From positions 67,456,001 to 67,520,000 of the forward strand of contig NC_134472.1 of assembly GCF_964194025.1 (NCBI RefSeq): a DNA stretch of 64,000 bases, written 5' to 3'. This DNA comes from Convolutriloba macropyga (Eukaryota). The notes under the pieces are model-generated. The model saw nothing but the letters and a program-made list of their open reading frames with translations. It did no database searches and was not told where the DNA came from. Of this stretch, positions 46,140 to 59,140 are shown piece by piece; within the stretch, counting starts at the first letter, position 1; every line of letters starts with the position of its first letter. Made by a program: the position numbers and the translations under genes.

Positions 46140-46960
46140 TGAACAAGAGACAGCATTATTTCAGAAACAACTAACTGAAAAAGGTTAAAATTCGATATAA
46201 AATTGTTAATTTACTCTAACGTTTTCATACTAACTTGCATCGTCAGGAGTTTAAAATTTGTTAACTAAATATTTACAAATATGCATATATACAGCAACGT
46301 GTCTTGATTATCTTTTTACATTTTCGATTTTTTCTGAAATTTCAACAGTTTTCTACCTAAAAGTTTGTTGAATTGTAAAAAACATTACAAATTTTGATAG
46401 GAGACCTTTTTTTCTGTGAGTTTTGAATATGAGCTTTTCCTTTCATTCCAGATAGAACGTAGCTCACGAAGAACATGCTAGTGCCAAAGGCAGGTGAGTC
46501 AAACTAACATCTTCTGCCTTCTAATATCAGACCATAAACAATAACGAGAGCTTTGCTCTTCTTTTTTTAAGAATTTTTGAAAGACCCAAAAGCTGAGATG
46601 CAAGATGGCATTGAAATTACTATTTTCATTTGTTATTTGACTTTACATCTGTACGTTGTACATAAAAATTTAGGCGTAAAATTTGAAGCTCTCTTACAAA
46701 TGTCAGTTCAAGTTTCTTAGATAGTTAATTTAATACCTTCTTTTTTTCAGAGTAATTTGTTTTTAACTGGACATTACTTCTATACAATATTCATTTTTTT
46801 CTTGTGTATTAGAGGAAATTAACATTCTTTTAACACATCAAAAATTAACACTGATTTACTGTAATCAGAGGTTTAGTAACGCAAAGATGATGAAGGAAGA
46901 TTCGAAATGCATTGAGCTGCCGGAAACTGTGCAAGAAAAAGGAAGGAAAAATGGGATCTT

Positions 46961-47098
46961 TTCCGTTTGTGCCCCCAGCTTAGTGGGCACATATTATTTG
47001 CACCCTTAGACGCACGTGCCATATTTTTACGTAATAATTTACTATGTAATAGCACGTGCTCTGTAATTGGGGGGAGCTTAATGTACTGGGGCACGGAA
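46961..47098 (+). mobile_element. ~140-bp MITE-like element, copy B
   Basis: Has its own imperfect termini ttccgtttgtgcccccag...ctggggcacggaa. Inverted homologue of copy A. Confidence 0.7.
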
Positions 47099-48599
47099 AA
47101 GATCCGAAAAATGACATCTTTAAGTTCGATAAAAACAAACGTACAAAAACGGCCCAAGGCCTTTTTCTTCGGCCTTGAGAAGAATGGACATATACGTTGA
47201 ATTTGAAAACGAAGCCGGGCTCAAAAGTGATGTAATAGCGATCATGTGGCTTTTCGTTAGCGAAAGTTACTCTGTAAAGAACGTCTGCAGATGGCAACTG
47301 TTCTGTGATTGCCTTCTCTGTAGAAATAAGTTGGCAATATTTTAATAGTTGATAACTGGGACTAATAATAACCCTGCGACGGAAATCGCAAAAACCACAT
47401 TAATAAAATTGGTAATTTTTTTTTCTTCGCCCATGCGCCAGGTAAAAAATTAGTAACTGAGCTATTTATAACTGACCTCGGTTTGTTTTAAGGACTTGAT
47501 AAAAAATTGCTTTCGTTTAAGAGTATATAAAAGACAATTGTTCGAAAGACAATTGTTCCAATTTAGCACGCTGCGATAGTCAAAATTCCCGTTTCCTGTC
47601 AAAGGTGACTTGGGTTTTGGTAGAGTCTCGTAAGCGGAAGGCCAAAATGTAAAACTATTCTGACTAAATATCAATACTCACTCTTAATGTTTCCAAAATA
47701 AAAATCACTTATCATAAATGTTGTGTGAACTTATTTAATAGAATCTTGAAGGTTAAATTTGGCTTTCTGGGACAGCAGTTGTGGTCCCTATATGCACTTC
47801 GTGATAGCTGCCAGTTCACTGTGCAGAGCTCTTGACAAATGCCCTGCCACTTGAGAGCCATTTGGAAGAAGTGTGATCCTCAAGACGGCATCAGATTTTA
47901 GAAGGACCCTCCCAATACGCATTGAGTCATTCCCAGGTCTGAGTGTTCATCCAGAAGCCCAGCCCGGTAAAAGTGTCCTTGAGATCAACACCCCCCAAGG
48001 TCACCGGTGATCATGTGGTACGACGTCATCAACAACAGCGTGACGTCCAATCCTTAGCATCCCAGAACTCCAATTACGGCTGCTCATCTTCTAAAGGAAC
48101 TAGAACGAATCGCAAACCTGGTGGCAATCGTATACGTCCAAAGAAAGACGCCAACATCCACAGCTTCCGACTTTTTCAAAAACCTACTCAAATTCAGAAT
48201 CCAAGTACTTCACCTAACAAAGGATCTTTTGTCAAAGCGGAAACAGAACAATTCCGACTACACTAAAACCTACCAAAAGCTATACGTCAGACCGTTCCTG
48301 GAAGTCAAACTTATGACAACTTTAAGAAGCTACGACTACGATATCAAGAAAATTGTAAACAAGAACGAGCGATTTTCTCAGAGTAATAGAAAGAAAGCCG
48401 CTGCAGACGTAACTTCAAAGCACTAGGTACAGTTTTTTAGTAATTTTTGCTTCCTACGTCGCCATTTAATTACTGCGCTAAGGGGAGCGGGAAAACTTAG
48501 GGAACCAACTGGCCTACCTATTAAGTTGTCTCATAAGTTTATCCTTCTTTGTCCTTTCTGTTCACCAAAGGCACTTTTTAACTACTGGGCCAAAAGTGA

Positions 48600-51500
48600 C
48601 TGAATCCCCCTTTTACACCCACTCCAGGAACTTTCCAAGCAACTAGCTCTAGTCAAAATGACTCGTTCGTGTAGATCTTGCAAGAAAAACACTCCAAACC
48701 GCAATCAGACCTTCAATTGTGGCATGCAATTGTCGTCTACATCTTGAAGCAGTCTGCACGGGGCTATCGTAGCTCTTAACGGAATCAAGGAGTTGAGACA
48801 AAATGCAATGCTGCTTTGTACTGTGTGAGTCAACAACAACGAAAGAGATGCCTTCATCCGCAACAGAACTCTGATGCAAGTTAATGATAAGATCGACTAA
48901 CTCAATGTGACAGCAGAAATCGAAAGCATCGAAGAATAAGTAACTGATTTAGTGGAAAATAAGATCAACGAAGCGATGATGAAAGCACACGAAATAGTGA
49001 AAGAAAGTTACGCCATTGTAGTCAATAAAGTAGAGGTTAACAAAAAAGTGACTATGTCACAACCCCCAAAAGAGCAAAACAAAAGTTTTTCCCACAACAT
49101 TGAAATGAGATTTAGAGTACAAGGGATCCCAGAAGATCCAAAAAAAAGCTTGTAACGAGAATTTTGTCCAACACATGAACATGTAACCCACATTTTGGAA
49201 ACTATAGGAGTGAAAGCTGAAATTGTCAACCTCAGGCGGCTGGGAAAATTCCAGAAGGAATGACCCAAACCGCGCGCTGTTCTTGTCACTTTGTCTAGTG
49301 CCACTGCCGTCAACCTTCTCATGGCTAAAAGTGTGGAACGACAACCAGAAGTGAAGGACATGAAATTGTTCGTCCCGCGAGCCCTCTCAATTGAGGATTC
49401 CCGCAAAGAAAATATCTGTCTTAGAAGGCGTAAGGAATTCATTGAACATAGCTGTAAAGGGATAAACTGAAGATAAGGAACTTTACATTATACAACGACG
49501 GAATATAGGTGCCATTAAACGACACCCCTAACAATCAAACCAAAACCTGACTATCTCACCTTCAGATCCTGCAGCTTAACGCCCGCAGTCTCGTGGATTG
49601 CCAAAGAAGTTTCAAAATGACAAACGTTATTAATTTTGGTTCTTAGAACGTTATATGCAGCTGCGAGACTTGGCTAAACTCAGGCATCCCAGTCTCCGAA
49701 CTACTACTAAACGACTACACTATCTACCGGTCAGACAGAGAACACCGTTACATTAACCTGCACGGCGGATCCTTGATTGCAGTGAAAAACTCTTTATGCT
49801 CCGAGAACATCAAGGTGGATGTGGAGTGTTGTACAATATGCAAAATCAGGTTGACCAGCGAAGAGATATATATCTGCTCTTTTTACAATCCACCGCAGAA
49901 CAGCAAGTACAGGTATGACGTTGACTGTTACCAACGTATACTCGAGGCCATTCCAAAAAATCGGAAAGCAGTAATATTTGGCAATCTACATTTTAGCTCA
50001 ACAAACTGGGGAGCATATTGGAGCACCGACAAAGAGGAACAGGACGTCCTCCACATCCTCGAAGAGCGTCTCCTCAGACGAGCTATTGACTTCCCAACTT
50101 GCTTTAAAAATATTTTTGCTGTAGTGCTCTACCGAAACTGCGAGGTATTCTCCCAAATTAGATTTGAGGCCCTAAACGACTGTAGTGACCAACTTCCTGT
50201 TGTTTAGTCCGTAGAAATTTAATACCAACAAAAACAACGAACGAAAGAACTTTACTACAGTTTCATCGAAGCAGACTTTAACTCTATGCTGTGCCACATG
50301 TCATCAAACCTTTTCCAACCTCTATGCTTCTCAAATGCAGTTAACATGTACAACGAATTCCAGGACTACGCCATGATAATAATCGAAAACTATGTTCCAA
50401 GAAGAACCACACAAAACCTTCCCACCTGTAAGCCGCTGCCACTTCAAATCAAATGAAAAGTCTGGATACGGATCAATCCAGCTACTCGCCGAACTACCTA
50501 CAGGAAGACGAAAGTGCTTGCTCTTGAAGCGGAAGTGCTCGAAAATTGCGAAGCCGATCAAACGTTAACAGGAAAAAAAGTTCGGCACTAGAAACATCAA
50601 TGAAATCTTTCGACATTTGAAATACATAAACAAAGCACCTCGAATACCAAAATTTGTAAAATATGAAGAAGAGTCAGAAAGTACAACCCAGAGCAAACCG
50701 GAACTGTTCAATTCATTTTTCCACTCTGTGTTCGCCCCCAAAAGACCTTTTTGCTGTCAACAGATACCAGAACCAGAAAAGCAAACTCCAAAACTTCAAA
50801 GTCTCCTTTGGAATAATTAAAAATTTTTTTGGACAAATTTGACATCAAGAAGTCACGGGGCCCCAACAATCTACTGCCAATCTTCTTCAAAGCAACAAAG
50901 AAACAATTATGTAGAACGTTAAACACCATTTTCAAAAATTTTAAACGTATCCGGAAACCACCCTTGTTTTGGAAGACAGCGGCCGTAGTACCAGTGTCCA
51001 AAAAGACAATCAGAAACTCGTCGAAAACTACTAACCCATATCTCTCCTTTGCATTGAAAGCAAGATCTTTGAAAAGTGCATGTACATGCCGCTATACAAC
51101 CACATCAAAAACTTTCAGTCGAAGAGTTAACAAGGTTTCGTCAAGGAAAGATCAGTGATTACCAATCTCCTGCAATTTTCGAATGAAGTGTATGTCGCCA
51201 TAAACAATGATCCAACTGCTCAAGACATTGCACTTTACAGTGACCTTTCCAAAACGTTTTACACCGTGCCCCAAGAACTGCTCATCTCCCAACTATGTGA
51301 CATCGGCGTAGGCGGATCTTTCCTAGACCTCCTATACGACTACCTAAATCAGCGAAAACTTAATCTTCGAATTGAAGATCACACATCAAAAGAATTGCAA
51401 GTGACCAGAGGAGTAGCACTAGGCTCCCTACTGGGACCTTTACTCTTTTGCATCTTCTTAAACAATCTTCGCGATGTTCTAACTTTCAGCCAACCTTTCA

Positions 51501-52408
51501 TTTCAGCGGACGACCTAAAAATCCTAGCCATCGGTAAATAAAACGAAGAAGTCCAAATTGATATAAAGAGAATTGGGAAATGAGTGAAATCAACTAAAAT
51601 GAAACTAGAAGTCAACAAATGCCATTTACTCAGATTTCGAGGGACACGCGCATGTCTATCATTAAACGGACAACCGCTAGGGGAGCCTGGGAAAGTGAAA
51701 AACCTGAGAGTTTACATTGCTAACACGCTAAACTGGAGTACGCACATCGAGCATCGAATCGAGAAAGCAAACAATGTATTCTACTGCTTGGGGAGAAACG
51801 TTGCCAAATTCTCTTTGAAACTAGGACTGTACAAATCAGGCCTGCTACCTGTTTTGCTCTACGGGCTGAATTGCGCGTACCAATCTGGAACAGATCAACG
51901 GAAGCTCGAAAATTTTCAAAGGCGTGTACTGAAATGGTTGTGTGGACCCCACCGTGGTGACTACAAAGCTCAGTTGAGACTACTGAATGTCGTACCTCTA
52001 CCCCTCTTCATTCAATTGAATGAGCTGCTCTTTTCGAAACTTTACAAGGACATTGAGGAGCAAAAAATCAACCTAACCATTCAATCATGGAACAGCAGGG
52101 CAAGTAACGCTGAAGGTAAATATAACATAAACTGAGTGAAGAAGGACTGAATTTGTCTCCAGAACTGCTACAGTAGTGAACAGAATACATGAGAATGTTG
52201 ACTTTAGTTGCGAAATTGGACTAAAGAACAGAATCATCAATCTTATATGGTGGCACGTGGAAAATCGGTTTTCCGAAAACAAGTCTGCACGTGGCAGCTA
52301 TGCTGCGACTGTGGGAGTTGCAGAAACAACTGGACAAATTTCTGAACAGACAGCGGGGGCACAGGCCCCTGCAGGCCAACTGGGAATCCAAAACAACAAC
52401 AACAAAAG
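48600..52408 (+). mobile_element. Near full-length decayed LINE (CR1/L2/Jockey group) with (CAA)n tail
   Basis: ORF1 remnant with PHD-like Cys/His, coiled coil, FRVQGIPED and RRLGKF. ORF2 has APE motifs (LQLNARS, CETWL, YRSDR, HGGSLIAVK, FYNPP) and RT motifs (KSRGPNNL, YSDLSKTF, GSLLGPLLFCIF, SADDLK). Tail aacaacaacaacaaaa at ~52392-52408. The 5' boundary is approximate. Confidence 0.92.
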
Positions 52409-52858
52409 CACTTCCTCAGCTGTTGAACTCTGCTTTGGAAGCACGCATTCCACATTTTGATTGGTTTTTCAATATTGACATGAATTCGGGAAGGAACAAC
52501 AAGAAATTGTGCAATTTTCAAAACTTCTTTACGACATGTAATGACACGTGCTCTGCAACTGAGGTGAATAACAGACTTGGAATGACACAAACGGAAAAGA
52601 TTCGACCATTTGAAAGGCTTAAGTTTTTATGAGCTTTTGTTTGAGATTCATAACAAATAAACTTTTATAAAATTCAATTCTCCGGACGCTGCTCTAAAAG
52701 AGTTATAGTGCCTTGTCTTTAAAATTATATACGATGCAATGATGTCTCATAGTAGGTGATCACTACTTATCCATTGGATTGTCCTACGCGGCTTAAGAGC
52801 AAACCCCCTTTATTGTACTTTTCGTGTTTAAGATCTGATTTGCCTTTTAGTCACAATA

Positions 52859-53170
52859 ATGGCTTTCAGCAGTGAAGGACAACAATTCACAAAGGTGATC
52901 GGGCAGTTGAACACATGTGTAATGAAAGTTGATCATTTTAAAGGCATTGGCATTTTACCACCAAAGTTTGAAGGTGCCCCCAATTGGAGACAGATGGGAG
53001 ATCTGCTTGTTTTCGGCTCTGCGCAACCTACTCTTGAAGGAATTCAAAATGTGCTTGCACATTACAAAGGGAACAGTGTGTCAAAGCTTTTGTGGATCAA
53101 CATGCGCACTGAGCCAGTGGTTTATGTTCAAAATAAAAGCTTTGCTCCGAGATTGAAAGAAAATCCAAAA
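52859..53170 (+). CDS. Paladin-like / PTP-like phytase-family phosphatase, exon 1
   Basis: GAPNWRQ, GSAQPTLEGIQNVL, WINMRTEPVVYV, FAPR. Phase-0 donor AAA|GTAAGG after 53170. Confidence 0.9.
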
Positions 53171-53790
53171 GTAAGGGCTAAATTTCTAACACTGACAGAA
53201 GACAGAAGGAATGTTCAGGCATTTTTATTTCACATTTTCATTGCATGTTACGGTGCTTTTTATGATCACTATTGTAAATTATGTAATACGGTATTTTTTG
53301 AGTTTTTTTTTGGGGGGGGGGGGGGGGGGGAGGGCTTTGATTTCCACTCGATGGCACTTCTAGACACCTTGAGCAGCAGAAATTCAGATGGTTTTTAAAA
53401 CAATTATAGAATCAAAACAGTAGAATTTTAACAAATTAACAACCTTGTAAAACCTGCAACAATGATTTTGCGTTCTCAGACATTCAATCTGAAAACAAAA
53501 TAAAACAGTTGAAAGGGTTGTATCATCCTTCTTCTAATGGACGGAACAGTGTCTCTGGGTGAAGCTCCCTTTTGGACAGTTAGTGTGAACTTTTCATCAC
53601 AATGGACGTTGTTAGGTGTATTTTCCGCTTCAAGGCTTTACCAAATACACAAATCTCACAGAATTCCTATTTCGTCAACGTGAAACCTTAGCGAACTCTA
53701 GGAGGGTACTTCTATAATCATTAAGACCTTCAGAACAACAAGCTTTCGAAAGGTGTATTGGGAGAGTACGTTTGCACGTATTCACCGAGA

Positions 53791-53992
53791 ACCACTATTG
53801 TGAAATTTTGTCGATTGAGTTGAACCTGATTGATGACTCAACTTCGTATACAAGGATTCTAGTTTTGATTTCAGACCACTCTTTCGGTACAACCACTATT
53901 GTGAAATTTTGTCGATTGAGTTGAACCTGATTGATGACTCAACTTCGTATACAAGGATTCTAGTTTTGATTTCAGACCACTCTTTCGGTACA
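53791..53992. repeat. Perfect 101-bp tandem duplication in the phosphatase intron
   Basis: accactattgtgaaa...ctttcggtaca occurs twice, head to tail. Confidence 0.95.
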
Positions 53993-54529
53993 TCTTCCTG
54001 TTCTCAATTGGTTGCATACTTTTGTAGATCTATGGTAGTAATGTGTTTGAGTACTGTAATATAATTTTGGCAATTGAAGATAAATTAAGATTGAAATTTT
54101 AATCGTTAAATTATTAGTAGCCGGGAAGCGATAGCGGCTATTATTGGAGACATCGTGGTTTTTACAATTCAGACTTTGAATTGTATTGGTGCGCTGTCTT
54201 TTCTTAAAGATCTGTTCACGCTTTTTTCAGCTTTTTCACGTCAGTGAGATGTCAAATTAGATGATGATTTTGGTCACTCTGAAATAGTAAAGGGAGCGAA
54301 AAATCGAGTAGGTTTGAGGCGTGCGGTTTTTCAAAATACCTTTAAAGTGGAGTGAGAAATTGGTATTTGAACAATTTGGCGGTTTTGGAGATGGATATTT
54401 TTCGGGTGCGTCAATTTAACTTGTTTTAAGAGTTTCATCTCCTTCAGTTCTTTTAATACGGTACATATGTGTTCAAATTGTGCCTATTTGCCTTTGCTTG
54501 AATTCATTAAGGGGCAGCTAAAACTTTTT

Positions 54530-55450
54530 ATGACTTTGCCACCATTTTTTATCATAATATATTAGTGATTTTGCCCTCATTTTTAAAATTATCTATTGTC
54601 TTATCACTTAGTACCATCAATGACAGGTTTGATTGGTTGCTAATGAGGCGTAAAAAACCTAAATAATGGCTCGAGTTAATAGCTAGTGGTTTTTATTACT
54701 TTGACTCTACTTTTTCTCAAAATTTTTGAGTGAAATTTTCAGTTCTGCAAGTATTTGTGCTTTTTGATGTCTTATCATTTAATCTCATTGGGGACAGGTC
54801 TGATGCTGCTAATAGCGGTTAAGTTTATGATTTGATAGTTTTTGTTCAAAGTTAATATCTTCTATGACTTTGACACTAATTGTTTTCAATAATAATTATC
54901 AAAGTTTTTGAGTTTTTCTTTTCATTTTTGTCTTCTTGACTTAGTCTCATCATCGACCAATCTCATTGATTGCTAAAAAAGGTTCATTTAAAGCAAGTCA
55001 TTTCAGTTCATAGCTATTGTTTTTTGTAACTTTTAAGCTTGTTCGTTTTTTTGAAAAAAAATCTTAGTGTTTTTTCAGTTTTGCTAGTATTTGTTGTACT
55101 TATCGCTGTCTCATCACTTAATCTCATTGATGGCAGGTCTCAACGGTCGTCATCGAGGACTCAACATTTGATGTAATTGTTTCCTTCAGTAGCTGTTGCG
55201 TTCTGTGATTTTTCTACTAAGTTATTTCAAAAAGTTTCAGCTAGTTTTAGTGCTTTTTTGGTTATTTCTGTCTGATTATTTAATATTATTAGTGAGAGCA
55301 CTCATCCGCATTTAATGACAGTTTGATATTGATCCTGAATTTTTAAAAAATGAAAGCTGAATTTTTAGTCTTGCTTGTTTTTGTTGTTCTGTTGTTGTTT
55401 TTTTTGCTTAGTCTTATTACTAAGAGCTCTCATTTTCGAGCAGAGTTATT
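54530..55450. repeat. Degenerate ~170-bp satellite in the intron (about 6 units)
   Basis: An atcacttaatctcattgatgacaggtct-like core near 54601, 54772, 54938, 55112, 55274 and 55406. Confidence 0.6.
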
Positions 55451-56077
55451 GATTGTCACGTCATAATTCAATACAATTGTATTTCAGGACTTGTCATGCT
55501 ATGTTTATATAATTCGTCGTCTCCATCGATGATTCTTGCGAGCTGGCATCTTGGAATTGAGTTTTTCAATTTCAGTGATTTCTACTGCTTTGCAGATAAA
55601 ATTTGTGTGCGTGACGTCATTTGTTCTGCCTTTAGGTCAATTGGATGACTTACCTCACTCAAAAATTACTTCTGAACTCGCTTGATGAACTTTAAATTTT
55701 ATGAACATTTACTAGTCAATAGTGTGACGCTAAGTAGTGACAAACGTATATGCCCTAATTCTTGAGTATTTGAGTCTTGATTTTTTGATTTTGAATATTA
55801 ATTTTTAAAAAGCTCCATTAGGGGTTTTTTCCTTATAGAGCGTATGTGTCTCATAAGAATGACAGTCGGAATCTAACCAAAAAGTCTAGTGGTCTATTAA
55901 AAGACTGGTTGTCAATCTGGCGATCTTATTTTTTTATCTATGGAAGGACACAAGCGTCTATCGCTGCTATTTTCCGGCAACCTGCCGGCTATGTTTTTTC
56001 CATTTGACTTCATCCTCAAAAGGCTATGTTTTGATTGAGAAATATCTCTGTCATTGATACTCTAATTGTTTCTACAG

Positions 56078-56986
56078 GAAAATCTGGAGATCGAAGGCTT
56101 GTCGGCCGACAAAACTTTTGAATTGGAAAACTACTTAGCTGATGAGGTATTGAGACCTTCGATCACTGCAAACAAGGATACGATGCACTATTTTCGAGAC
56201 ACCTACTCGCTTGTGCCAGCTGATAGAATTGACACGGAACATGATTTATCAGGAATCAAAGATGGAGATATACTTACAGTTAGCGGCATGTATGAGTCTG
56301 TAAATAAAACAGCCCCAGTTCCTATTGACTTTGTTCGGGTACCAATCAACGATGTGCCAAATGAACGCGTGCCCGAGTTACAGGAGTTTGACTACCTCAT
56401 TGAAATAGTTTGTAGTAAAGTTGACAAAAGCACGGCTATTCACTGCAACTGTCAAATGGGACGCGGAAGGACAACTACTGGAATGTTCATTTGTGCGCTG
56501 ATTATGTCGAAAAGCCAGAACAAGCAGATCCGAACTGATGTTGTCAAAAGCAAAGACAAAACACCCGAAAATGGCTACTATTCTTATGTCACCGCATTGA
56601 TTAGCGCAGTACCTGAAGCCGAAAATGCGAAGCATGAAATTGATGCTCTTATGGACATGTGTGACCACTTGATTAATATGCGTCAGTTTATTTGGAAGTG
56701 CAAAGGTGATTACGCTAAAGAGATGGAAAAAGGAAACCAATCGAGAGCTGACTTCTGGAAGAACTTGGCTATCAACTATGTGGAACGTTATGTATATTTC
56801 ATATTCTTCTGTCTGTATCTTTCCAGCAAATTTCAGGGAAAGGAAACTGGAGGAATAAAGTCATCCTTCAAATCGTGGTGTGAAAACCAGGAAGATTTAT
56901 TTGTGAAGATTATTGGGCGTAAACCTGGACAGCGTCAAGATGTCGACGTGAAGAACCCATTATTACCCAAATTTAACTGGGAGTGA
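56078..56986 (+). CDS. Paladin-like phosphatase, exon 2 (spliced product about 406 aa)
   Basis: Acceptor ctaattgtttctacag|GAA is in phase 0. RVPIND...PE...FD, catalytic CX5R in NCQMGRGRTTTGM, IDALMD.C.HL.NMR, YVERYVYFIFF..YL, SFKSW. ATTAAA follows the stop. Confidence 0.93.
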   Translation, partial: ENLEIEGLSADKTFELENYLADEVLRPSITANKDTMHYFRDTYSLVPADRIDTEHDLSGIKDGDILTVSGMYESVNKTAPVPIDFVRVPINDVPNERVPELQEFDYLIEIVCSKVDKSTAIHCNCQMGRGRTTTGMFICALIMSKSQNKQIRTDVVKSKDKTPENGYYSYVTALISAVPEAENAKHEIDALMDMCDHLINMRQFIWKCKGDYAKEMEKGNQSRADFWKNLAINYVERYVYFIFFCLYLSSKFQGKETGGIKSSFKSWCENQEDLFVKIIGRKPGQRQDVDVKNPLLPKFNWE

Positions 56987-57376
56987 AATAATTAAATCAA
57001 GTTCTCTGATGCTCTTATTGCATACTAACTGTTCAAACTAACAAAATTGTGACAACAGAATGAATGCGCGAGGTCGAAAGAACTTGGCCGCGATCAATTT
57101 GTTGAGAGTGAGCGGATGACTTGACATTGTCAATTCTGCGTGATGTCTGTTCGCAGATTCAAAAGAAGTATCTGAACCCCAATCAATCAACCTTGTCTTC
57201 TGTGCTAATAACAATCACCTACTTAACCTGGCTAACGATCAGCTTCATAACATCTGTGCAATATTAACACAAATCAATCTATAATTTTGCAATTGTAAAT
57301 AGTATCTTCATCTAATGTTAGATATTTAGGAATTAAAATTAGTTTACTTAAATTTTCTCCGAGACCCCTTGTTAAT

Positions 57377-58797
57377 TAATTGCTCTCAAACGAAGTTTGT
57401 AGCAATTATATTAGGCCTGTCGGTCTTTTTTTATGCGATTTTTCGCTTGACCGATTTTTTGGTCTGACGCTTTTGACTTTTCGTCCTCAAAAACGGGATA
57501 AACAGGTAGCGCCCAGCGGGCATTACGTGATCTTAGAGCCTTTCAGCTCAAACTGTTTTGGAGACTTATACTTATCGTCTGAAGGGAGGTTCTTAGAGGT
57601 TGAAGGCACACCCCCACTACTATTGCCCCACCCCCCACCATCACGCTGTTGCTCCCCACCCCAAGGTTGTTGCCCCGCATTAGCCCCCATGCACATCCCC
57701 TCCGTGGCTACTGACGAACAACCGATCGCTAAAAACAAGCAATTTTATACTAATTTTCACAATTTTTTTCAAGCTTTTTGAAAATTTTTGTCATTTTTTG
57801 AGTTTTTCAGCCCTAAGTGTCAAGGAACCTCCTCTAGGGCTTTATAATAGGCTACTGCATAAATTCTATTATAAGTGGAGTGGTTTCAACATTTTAACAT
57901 CAGGAATTTTAGCATCTTTTTGACAAAATGTGCAAATTTTTTCAATTTTTTTGACATTTATGTTTCATTATTCACGTCTTTCCAGACGCAGGGGCCAGAA
58001 AACGTCCTTAAGGGTTTAAAAAAAAGTTACTGGAAAATCTTTTCTGGCCATGGATTTGTTTTCAACTTTTATCACAAATTTTAGCAGTTTTTATGCAACT
58101 TGCAATTTTTTTCAAGTTTTTTGAAATTTTTTGTCATTTTTTAGGTCTCTCCAGACTCATGAGCCACATAAGCTCCTCTAGGGTTTGATTATAGGTTACT
58201 GCATAGCTTTTAAATGTAATAGAATGTTTTTAAAGATTTTAATATCAGCAATTTTTAAAAAAATATTTGCAATTTCAAGTTTTTTGAATCTTTTTGACTT
58301 TTTTTAAATCATTTTTTACGGCACCAGGGTCGTAGGACCTCCTCCATGGCATGATGATAAGCTGTTGCATAGTTTCTACAGTTAATGGATTGGTTATCAA
58401 TATTTTAATGACTCCAGCTTCAGCAATTTTTCGATAAAATTTATTTTTCATTTTTTCGGAGGAGTATCATTTTCAAGTTTATGGATCTTTGAGCCAGTGA
58501 AACTATTTAAAGCTTGAAATAGGGATACTGGATGGTCTCTTGAGACAATGAAATGGTTTTGGAGATTTTAATATCTTGAATTTTCACAATTTTAGTTTTG
58601 AACATTTTCATTTTGCAATATTTTGCTAATTTTTAAACTATCAGTTTTTTATTTGATTTGTTTACTAACAAGGCTAGAAAATTAAAAGTTGCCGAGTCAA
58701 AGCAAGCTAAGCTAGCCTCACTAAACCGTGGCTAGCTACTGACGAAGCCAACCGCTCGCCGGTCGTTTGAGAGCAGTTCGCCCGACGTTAATCGGTT
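57377..58797 (+). mobile_element. Helentron-associated/DINE-1-like non-autonomous element with internal ~172-bp tandem repeats
   Basis: 5' subTIR TAATTGCTCTC with nearby IR AGCAATTA. 3' subTIR GAGAGCAGTT at 58769, then hairpin CCGAcgttaaTCGG and TT. Confidence 0.7.
57745..58630. repeat. Degenerate ~172-bp tandem repeat (about 5 units)
   Basis: aatttttttcaag.tttttg...cctctaggg.tt.a.ataggctactgcata recurs near 57761, 57935, 58104, 58270 and 58440. Confidence 0.75.
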
Positions 58798-59140
58798 ATG
58801 TTTATTATTTTAGCCCAAGAATAGCAATGAGGAATCATTCAGATTTTTTGTTTTTTTTTCTAGTTAAGTGAATTCAAAAAGTCGTCTCTTTTGTTTATTT
58901 TTGCAGGGGACTGAGATCTGGTGTTAAATTTTGTTTATGTCTCAATTTGCATAACGCTGCAAGCCCAAGCGTTTCTTGTCTTTTGGCCGTTTTTTAATGT
59001 ATGACTTGAGAATAGAAAATTAATTCATGGACCTAGAAGAGAATTTGATTGACGTCCAAATGTGTTGTCGTTCTAGTCTTGTGACAACTCATTTCTGTAC
59101 CAATTATCATGTAGCATACCTTACACATTCAAGAAATTTT

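Noticed and set aside
47880-48430. ORFs 47943-48266 and 48121-48426
   Set aside because: No recognisable domain, start context or splice structure; possibly retroelement debris.
53171-53398. C-terminal part of ORF 52859-53398 with poly-Gly
   Set aside because: Read-through into the intron past the GTAAGG donor. The Gly run is a G homopolymer.
57380-57781. Pro-rich ORF (and the similar one at 60180-60476)
   Set aside because: Arises from C-rich low-complexity interiors of the Helentron-like repeats.
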